Assembly (NCBI GenBank): GCA_031409335.1
Contig: JANNWY010000088.1
Span: 1-24,487, forward strand
DNA length: 24,487 bases
Direction of reading: 5' to 3'
Source: Chthoniobacteraceae bacterium
GTDB lineage: Bacteria; Verrucomicrobiota; Verrucomicrobiia; Chthoniobacterales; Chthoniobacteraceae
In this document: positions 18,540 to 24,487 of the stretch, in pieces
Numbering within the stretch: the stretch's first letter is position 1
Layout of the letters: every line of letters begins with the position of its first letter
The notes under the pieces: model-generated
Databases searched by the model: none
What the model was told of the DNA's origin: nothing
The model's input: only the letters and a program-made list of their open reading frames with translations
Made by a program: the position numbers and the translations under genes

Positions 18540-18618
18540 ACGCCGCGAACTTGAACTGGCCGGTGGCACAGGACTGGCGTCCCGTCGTTTTTCCAATCTT
18601 TCCACCACTTTGAATTTG

Positions 18619-18650
18619 TTTCGCAATTCGAGTTTCGGATTTCGATATTC
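18619..18650. repeat. Degenerate heptamer tandem repeat (WTTCGNN)
   Basis: tttcgca attcgag tttcgga tttcgat attc, 11 nt upstream of ATG 18662. Confidence 0.7.
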
Positions 18651-18661
18651 CCCTTCCCACT

Positions 18662-20413
18662 ATGGCTACTGAAACTTCAATCCAGGCATTCGTCCACAAA
18701 CTCGAAGAAGGAGGCTGGGCCAAATGGATCCGCCGTGCGGTGCTGGTGACGGCGGTCGCCTACGTCGTGAATCTCTGGATGTTTCACGACAGCGGCTTCA
18801 AGGGGCTGAATCACGAAAAATCAATCGAGCAGGCGGAAATCGCGCGGGAGATCGCGCGCGGGAATGGCTTTTCGACGAAGATGATCCGCCCGCTGGCGCT
18901 GTGGCAGTTTCAAAACACCGGCGAAAAATTCCCGCTCGAGAACACGCCCGACACTTACCACGCGCCGCTCAATCCGTGGATCAACTCCTGGTTCCTCCGG
19001 CTCACCAAAGACTCGTGGCAGATGTCCACAAAGGAGACTGCGTATCCGAGCGACAAGGTGCTCGCTGCCGTGCAGACCGCCTTCTTTCTCATCGCGGTGC
19101 TGATCAATTACTTCACGGCGTGGCGGCTCTTCGATCAGCGGCTTGCCACGTTTGTGGCGACGCTGCTACTGGTGTGCCAGCGGTTTTGGGAATTCTCGAT
19201 GTCGGCTCTGCCGCAAATGTTGATGCTGATGCTCTTCAGCGCGGCGGCTTACACGATCGTGCGGGCGATCGAGGCGCGGACCGCGGGGCGGACTTCGCTC
19301 TGGTGGGCGATGGGCACGGGCGTGCTATTCGGCCTGCTCGCGCTCTCTCACGCGCTGACCCTGTGGATTTTTGGCGGCGCGCTGATCTTTGCGCTGATGT
19401 TCTTCGTCCCACGCGGACGCGATGCCGCGATCATGCTCGCCATCGTGGCGCTGATGTACGGACCGTGGATGGCGCGCAACGCAAAGGTCTGCGGCAATCC
19501 GTTTGGCGTGAGCTGGTATTCCGGGCTGGTGGACATCAAGGGCACCGAAAGCGAGATCATGCGCTCGATGGAGATGAAGGCTGAGGGCATCAATCCCACG
19601 ATCTTTCGCCTAAAACTCCAGGCCCAGACGATCGCTCAACTCGGCAGCCTTTACAGCTACCTCGGCTACGTCATCGCCGCGCCGGTCTTCTTTCTGGCAA
19701 TGCTGCACCTTTTCAAACGACCGGAAACCGCCGCATTTCGATGGTGCGTTTTCCTGATGTGGATCTCCGCGGTGATCGGCATGTCCGTCTTTGGCCTCAA
19801 CGGCGAGGCCGTGCCCGGCTCGCTCCGCGCAAACGACCTGCACGTCCTCTTCATCCCGCTGCTGACGTGCTACGGCTTCGCATTCGTGCTGATGATGTGG
19901 GCGCGCCTGGATATCAACGTCCGGCTCGTCCGCGTCGCTTTTATGAGCACGGTCTATTTCATCAGCGCGATGCCCTTCATCCAGCAACTGATCGAACTCG
20001 AGAAACCACCGGCGGGCCGCATCCAGTGGCCGCCGTACGTGCCACCGTTCATCGCGATCCTCAATACATGGACGAACGAGCGCGAAATCATCGCCTCCGA
20101 CATGCCGTGGGCCGTCGCCTGGTACGCCGATCGGAAAAGCCTCTGGGTGCCCAAGACCGTCGCCGACTTCATCGCCCTCAACGATTACAAATCGCTGGGG
20201 AATCACCTCGTCGGCCTTTACCTCACTCCCGTCACCGGCGACCGCGGCTTCATGCGGGATGTCGTGAAGGGCGAATTTAAGGAGTGGGCGCCATTCATTC
20301 TTAGGCAGGTAAACGTAAAAGATTTCCCGCTGCGCGCCGTCACCGCGATGCCGATCGACAACGAGTGCGTCTTCTACAGCGATCGCGACCGCTGGTCGAG
20401 CCGCGAGGAGTGA
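18662..20413 (+). CDS. Polytopic membrane protein, probable GT-C fold glycosyltransferase (ArnT/PMT-like)
   Basis: About 11 hydrophobic segments; first periplasmic loop EQAEIAREIARGNGFST...DTYHAPLNPW; PWMARN...GNPF; C-terminal soluble domain IIASDMPWAVAWYADR. Confidence 0.7.
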   Translation: MATETSIQAFVHKLEEGGWAKWIRRAVLVTAVAYVVNLWMFHDSGFKGLNHEKSIEQAEIAREIARGNGFSTKMIRPLALWQFQNTGEKFPLENTPDTYHAPLNPWINSWFLRLTKDSWQMSTKETAYPSDKVLAAVQTAFFLIAVLINYFTAWRLFDQRLATFVATLLLVCQRFWEFSMSALPQMLMLMLFSAAAYTIVRAIEARTAGRTSLWWAMGTGVLFGLLALSHALTLWIFGGALIFALMFFVPRGRDAAIMLAIVALMYGPWMARNAKVCGNPFGVSWYSGLVDIKGTESEIMRSMEMKAEGINPTIFRLKLQAQTIAQLGSLYSYLGYVIAAPVFFLAMLHLFKRPETAAFRWCVFLMWISAVIGMSVFGLNGEAVPGSLRANDLHVLFIPLLTCYGFAFVLMMWARLDINVRLVRVAFMSTVYFISAMPFIQQLIELEKPPAGRIQWPPYVPPFIAILNTWTNEREIIASDMPWAVAWYADRKSLWVPKTVADFIALNDYKSLGNHLVGLYLTPVTGDRGFMRDVVKGEFKEWAPFILRQVNVKDFPLRAVTAMPIDNECVFYSDRDRWSSREE

Positions 20414-20471
20414 GGGCGGAGATCGGCGCGGCAAATTCAATTCCCACCATTCAATCGCCCAATCGCTTTGC

Positions 20472-20630
20472 GAGACGAGGCCGGGAGCGCGCTGGGTTTC
20501 GGCTCCGCTTCGTTCCAAGGGTCGCGCTCGATCGGAACGTTCCCGGACGAGCCTTTCCTCGCAACCAATGAGGCGAGTCGAAGTGTTGGCGACCGGTGCC
20601 TGGCAGCCGCGGACTCCGATGCAGGGCAAG
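20472..20630. repeat. Long structured direct repeat, copy 1
   Basis: 20472-20605 aligns to 22372-22506 with 18 mismatches and 1 gap (~86%, manual count); weaker similarity continues to ~20630. Confidence 0.9.
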
Positions 20631-20698
20631 AATCCATTCCGCAAACGTCGAGAAGCTGGCCGCACGACCACACGGACGCGAGCGCGGAACTTCGCGAC

Positions 20699-20935
20699 AT
20701 GCAAACGCCGCCCATCGAACTTCCCGCGAATCTCGTCTGGTGCGATCCACAGCGCCTCGGTGGCAAGCCCTGCTTCCGCGGTACGCGAGTTCCCGCGGAC
20801 GCCCTCTTCGGCAACCTCGAAGCCGGTGTCAGCCTCGACGAGTTTCTCGACGCCTTCGAGGGCGTGACCCGCGAGCAAGCCATCGGCGTGCTGGATGCCG
20901 CGCGCGCCGCCGTCGCCGTCGCTGAGCCGGTGTGA
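20699..20935 (+). CDS. DUF433-family antitoxin (VapB45-like)
   Basis: DPQRLGGKPCFRGTRVP...LEAGVSLDEFLDAFEGVTREQ; ATG 20699; stop overlaps the next GTG (GTGA). Confidence 0.9.
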   Translation: MQTPPIELPANLVWCDPQRLGGKPCFRGTRVPADALFGNLEAGVSLDEFLDAFEGVTREQAIGVLDAARAAVAVAEPV

Positions 20936-21019
20936 AGCGCATCCTGCTCGATCATTGCATTCCCCGGCCGCTGCGCCGGCATCTTCGGGCTTCCGTATCC
21001 GCACTTGCCACGAGCGCAG
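20932..21019 (+). pseudogene. Truncated, frameshifted DUF5615/VapC45-like PIN toxin
   Basis: GTG 20932 reads MKRILLDHCIPRPLRRHL, then GFRIRTCHER in a shifted frame, and is cut off by the convergent gene ending at 21020. Absent from the ORF track. Confidence 0.75.
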
Positions 21020-21331
21020 CTACAGCAGGTTCCAGCCGTGAGACTGAATGATTGTCCGAACGATCTGCCTGCGGCGTTCGGGCGAAACCACTCCGCGCTG
21101 CTGCGTCAGTTCCCCGCGCGGGACGGCGAAGATGCAGTCGCAATTTGCAAAGAGTCGGTCCATCGAGACCGTGGGCATCATCGAGACGCACTTCATTCGG
21201 CTGAGGTGGACGGCTGGCGCGTTGCGAAGTTCGACAAAATCCCGCCGGGCGGCTCGGGCGGGATGGGAGACGATCACCACCGGAAGCGGTCCCCGTCCCA
21301 GATCGCACGAGTGGATTTCCCAGGCGTTCAC
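21020..21331 (-). pseudogene. PemK/MazF-like toxin with two compensating frameshifts
   Basis: N-terminal PVVIVSH and C-terminal CDCIFAVP...RG are in one frame; the MazF-like middle SQRASRPPQPNEVRLDDAHGLDGPTLCK is in another. Shifts near 21228 and 21143. GTGA-coupled to the upstream antitoxin. Confidence 0.65.
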
Positions 21332-21608
21332 GGACGGCGCCCCTTCGCGGCGGCGCGGCGCAGCGAGGCGAAAGCCGCCTTTCCGAATGCCCGTTCCTTT
21401 GGCGTCTCATGGCGGCCGTAAATGCGTTCCGTCTCCGCCTCCGTCAAGCGTGGCGGAGCAAGGTATTCGGTTTCAGCCGCCGCCATCCGGCGCAGCGCCT
21501 CGCGGACAACCTCGCTTTGATTGTTGAACCGTCCGATGCGGACCATTCGTGAAATGAAACATTTCGGCTCGCACGGCGGGTCGGGCGGACTTGGAGTACG
21601 GGTCGCAT
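21328..21608 (-). pseudogene. Ribbon-helix-helix (ParD/CopG-like) antitoxin, probably frameshifted near its 5' end
   Basis: FISRMVRIGRFNNQSEVVREALRRM is the RHH helix pattern. The missing beta-strand region (MRPVLQVR, ATG 21608 after gaagagagg) is in a different frame. The intact portion is ORF 21328..21546. Confidence 0.6.
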
Positions 21609-21668
21609 CCTCTCTTCCTACCCCTTCCCACGCTTGTCATGCCGTCTCGCCAATGCGAACCTACCCAC

Positions 21669-21899
21669 ATGAGACCTTACGAAGAACTCGTCCAGTTCAT
21701 CGCCGCGCTGAGTCCCCGCGAGGTGGTTGACTTCAAGCCTTCCGAGCCGGCCCGCCAGCGCGTCTGGGATCTCATCGAGCGCCAGAAGGCCACCCCGCTT
21801 CCACCTGACGAGAAATCGGAACTCGATCACTATCTGGAAATCGAACACCTGATGCGGCTGGCGAAAGCCCGCGCCCGCCAGCTCTTGGCGCATGGGTAG
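21669..21899 (+). CDS. Small helical protein, putative antitoxin/partner of the downstream HNH nuclease
   Basis: 76 aa, MRPYEELVQFIA...FKPSEPARQRVWDL...EKSELDHYLEIEHLMRLAKARA; overlaps the HNH start by 8 nt. Confidence 0.75.
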   Translation: MRPYEELVQFIAALSPREVVDFKPSEPARQRVWDLIERQKATPLPPDEKSELDHYLEIEHLMRLAKARARQLLAHG

Positions 21900-22332
21900 T
21901 GACGTCGGCGAGCGGCTGCGCCGGGAGGTTGCCGAGCGCGCCTATCGCGTCTGCGAGTATTGCCTCGTTCACGAAGACGACACCTTCTGGGGCTGTCAGG
22001 TGGACCACATCATCAGCCGCAAACACGGCGGCGCGACGGAGCCGACCAATCTCCCCTGGGCCTGCGCCTGCTGCAATAACACCAAGGGAAGCGATCTCGG
22101 CACCCTCGTCGGCCAGCCGCCGCAACTCCTCCAGCTCTTCCATCCGCGCACCGACCGCTGGAGCGGCTGCTTTCTGTTGCATGGCGTTCGCATCGACCCG
22201 GTGAATGCGACCGGTGAGGCCACCGTCAAACTCCTCCAACTCAATCACGAAAGCCGCGTTCGCGAACGCGAAACTCTCGCTGAAACAGGACGCTACCCGA
22301 GCATCGAAGCCCTGGCGCGGATGAAGGAGTAA
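21892..22332 (+). CDS. HNH endonuclease
   Basis: CEYC, QVDHIISRKHGG, NL, CACCNNTKG, then LFHPRTDRW and GEATVKLLQLN. Confidence 0.92.
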   Translation: MGSDVGERLRREVAERAYRVCEYCLVHEDDTFWGCQVDHIISRKHGGATEPTNLPWACACCNNTKGSDLGTLVGQPPQLLQLFHPRTDRWSGCFLLHGVRIDPVNATGEATVKLLQLNHESRVRERETLAETGRYPSIEALARMKE

Positions 22333-22371
22333 GCGCGGCGGGCGGATGGCGGACGATGAAGTAGCAGGATG

Positions 22372-22533
22372 GAGACGGGGCCGGGAGCGCGCTGGGGTTC
22401 GGCTCCGCTTCGTTCCGATGGGTCTCGCTCGACCGGAACGTTTCCGGAAGAGCCGTCCCTCGCAGCCACGGAGGCGGGTCGAAGCGTCGGCGTTCGATGC
22501 CTGGCAACTTGCCGATTCCTATTCTGCACAAGA
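22372..22533. repeat. Long structured direct repeat, copy 2 (abuts 3' end of transposase)
   Basis: Starts exactly 1900 nt after copy 1; ends ~55 nt from the transposase stop codon. Confidence 0.9.
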
Positions 22534-22588
22534 GGAAATCCTCCTGCTGGCGCTTCCGCCAGATGACTCGTCGGAAAGTCTCCGCGCT

Positions 22589-23608
22589 TCAGCCCAGGGG
22601 AGTCACGCGCAGATCGCGTAGCGTGCAAAGCGAGCCTGCATCCGCACCCCGCAGTGGACGCGCTCCCGTCTGGCGCTTCGGCCCGAAGCGATGCCGTTCG
22701 GCGGCGAAGACGGCGTTCACAAATTCCTTCGATCCCAGCACTGCGCCGTCGGCGAAATATCGCACCCGGCAACGCAGCATTTCGCCCCAGGTCAGCTTGC
22801 CCTTCTTTGCCAGCACCTCGTCCACCCGCTCCCGGTTGAAACCCTTGCGCACCGCCATCCTGCGTTCGTCCTCCCCACGTTCCTCGCCTCGCCCGTAGAG
22901 CAGTTCCCGATATTCCCTCAACACGGCACCCACCGGCGCGGGCAGTCCTCGATAGGTGTCCGTCACGATCTTCAACCCACCCAGCGCCTGACTTTTTCCC
23001 GCGACTGCCTCCGCGTAGCCGCACCAGCGGTAGTCCTTCGGATCGGTCACCATTCCTGCGCGCACGGGATTGAGATCGATGTATGCCGCCATCGCCGCCA
23101 GGGCTTCGCCGGCCCCTTCCACGAGGACACTGCGATAACGTTCCTCCCAGAGCGTTCCCTTGCGCGCGCGTTGCCGGTTAAACCATTGCGTGAAGCGCTG
23201 CTTGAGTCCTTTCATGAACGCGCTCACATCCCACATCCTCACAAAAAACGTCTCGCGATACGCCTCCGCGTCCGTCGGCGACGCCGCCTCGCGTAACATC
23301 GCCAAATGCTGCCTGATCGTGGCGAATCCGAGCCCGCTGTAAGTGCGCTTGAGCTGCGCCAGCAATTCTTCATCGCCCGGCAGCACCTCCGGCCGCTTCG
23401 GCACTTCGAGGAGGAGGTGAAAGTGATTGCTCATCACGCAATAAGTCACCACCCGCACTCCGCAGAACTGCTCGTAGAGCCGCACATACTTCCGGAACTG
23501 CTCCTTCTCGATTTCTCCCAGCACAAACTCCCGATCCGCGACTCGGGAGACACAATGATAATAGGCCACGGGCAAATCCGGCGGTGCTTTCAAACGGGGC
23601 TGGCGAAT
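22589..23608 (-). mobile_element. HUH/Y1 tyrosine transposase (IS200-like/RAYT family, long form)
   Basis: YYHCVSR, YCVMSNHFHLLL (HUH), GTLWEERYRS, YIDLNPVRAG (catalytic Tyr), DYRWCGY. Start uncertain: ATG 23683, ATT 23608 or TTG 23593. Confidence 0.9.
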
Positions 23609-23664
23609 AGCCCATAACTCGCCAAAGCAGGCGATGATAGCAAGCGCTTTTTTGATATAAGGTC

Positions 23665-23699
23665 TGTCCCTTTGTTTTACCATGTCCCTTTGTTTTACC
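23665..23699. repeat. Perfect 17-bp tandem duplication upstream of the transposase (probable element end)
   Basis: tgtccctttgttttacc at 23665-23681 and 23683-23699. Confidence 0.85.
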
Positions 23700-23975
23700 C
23701 ACTCATGAAGAGCAGGCGATCCGGGAGAAACTCGCCAAAGAGTTCGTAGAGTTCGCCAAGGCTATCCACCCGCTTGACCCTTTCCATCTGAGAACGCGGC
23801 GTTCTGCCGAATAAGAGTGGACCAAACGCTTGAAAGAACGGAGTAATGTTAGGCATACTTAATTACCCGAAGCCATCTCGCAATGTTAGCGGCTTCTTAT
23901 CCTAAATCGCCCTTAACTTAATGCCATTCGGGTCAGATGTTGATGGATGAAGTTTGGAGCAATCTGGCCGTCAAT

Positions 23976-24487
23976 TTACTTTATAGCCTTTGCCAGTTGC
24001 TTGATATGGTCAGGTGTTGTGCCGCAGCATCCGCCGATGATTTTTGCAGGCCAGTGAGATGCATGTTCGCAATAGACACTGGCGTTTTCAGATTCCGTGT
24101 TGACCCAGCCGACCTTTTCATCCGCGTAGCCGATGTTGCCATAAGCAATTAACGGGAAATCCTCGCCGCAGGCGGTGTGTAATTCCGCCAGCGGCCTGGC
24201 CAAACAGGGAGTCGGTCCGCAGTTGACGCCAATTGCTGAAATGCCAAGCGGGAGCAATTGCCCCGCCGCTTCGGTGAGCGTTTCGCCCGAAAGGATTTTT
24301 CCCCCGCGATCACAAACAAAGCTGACGATGGCGGGTGTGCCTGTGATCGCCGCAAGTTTTGCAATGACCAGCGCTTCACGCAGCGTGTTGATGGTTTCGA
24401 TGAGAATGAAATCCACGCCGCATTTGATGAGGTGATGAATTCGCTCGGAATGTTCGGCGCGAAGTTCGTCATCGGGTGGGACGAGGC
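23976..24487 (-). CDS. Homocysteine S-methyltransferase family protein (5' end outside window)
   Basis: GVDFILIET, Zn-ligand motifs GVNC and IIGGCCGTTPDHI; frame open to the window edge. Confidence 0.92.
   Translation of the reverse strand, partial: LVPPDDELRAEHSERIHHLIKCGVDFILIETINTLREALVIAKLAAITGTPAIVSFVCDRGGKILSGETLTEAAGQLLPLGISAIGVNCGPTPCLARPLAELHTACGEDFPLIAYGNIGYADEKVGWVNTESENASVYCEHASHWPAKIIGGCCGTTPDHIKQLAKAIK

Noticed and set aside
20435..20466. Fifth heptamer tract (caattcc caccatt caatcgc c caatcgc)
   Set aside because: Spacing is inconsistent (7 then 8) and the units are too degenerate.
20468..20698. Repeat-encoded peptide fused to DUF433, and the similar ORF 22369..22566
   Set aside because: The two copies differ by a 1-nt indel that changes frame, so conservation is at the nucleotide level, not the protein level.
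153..21004. Long antisense or alternate-frame ORFs (e.g. 153..1529-, 7464..8804+, 13237..14235+, 15090..16175+, 17088..18383-, 19610..21004-)
   Set aside because: Shadow ORFs of high-GC genes; they overlap well-supported CDSs and show no family motifs.
20472..22533. CRISPR array or classical integron attC sites
   Set aside because: Only two long repeats 1.9 kb apart; no RYYYAAC/GTTRRRY box pair at their ends; no cas or intI gene in the window.
21892..22533. IscB/HEARO-type RNA-guided HNH system
   Set aside because: The HNH is 146 aa with no PLMP or RuvC motifs, and the other repeat copy is not next to an HNH gene.
22450..22580. HDV-like or hammerhead ribozyme in or near the repeat
   Set aside because: The tccctcgc loop lacks a closing P3 pairing, and cagatga...gaaa does not match the CUGANGA core.
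23805..23892. attC-like GTTAGGC and GTTAGCG boxes
   Set aside because: No matching inverse core (gccgaat rather than gcctaac) and no convincing intervening palindrome.

Overview
High-GC bacterial DNA. The gene content (PEP-CTERM proteins built from autotransporter-associated beta-strand repeats, a PVC-type prepilin, a long Y1/RAYT-like transposase) suggests Verrucomicrobia, but this is an inference. From left to right: (1) two paralogous PEP-CTERM surface-protein genes separated by a REP-like palindrome and a small K+ channel gene; the second paralog is broken by an in-frame TAG and a +1 frameshift in a C6 run. (2) A GH33 sialidase and a convergent LarA-family racemase/epimerase. (3) A sigma70 promoter and SAM-I riboswitch ahead of a ThrC-like PLP enzyme, a MoaD/ThiS sulfur carrier and a stand-alone NIL protein, probably a sulfur-carrier-dependent homocysteine route. 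(4) A prepilin, xseA, a GntP permease, a lipoprotein, kup, an orphan sigma54 response regulator and a GT-C-like membrane protein. (5) An accessory block in which two ~86%-identical, hairpin-rich ~135-160 bp direct repeats bracket three small toxin-antitoxin-like gene pairs (two decayed), directly downstream of an HUH/Y1 transposase whose other end carries a 17-bp tandem duplication. (6) A visibly lower-GC homocysteine S-methyltransferase gene cut by the window edge. Four intergenic gaps contain heptamer tandem repeats with unrelated unit sequences. All alignments and folds were done by eye.
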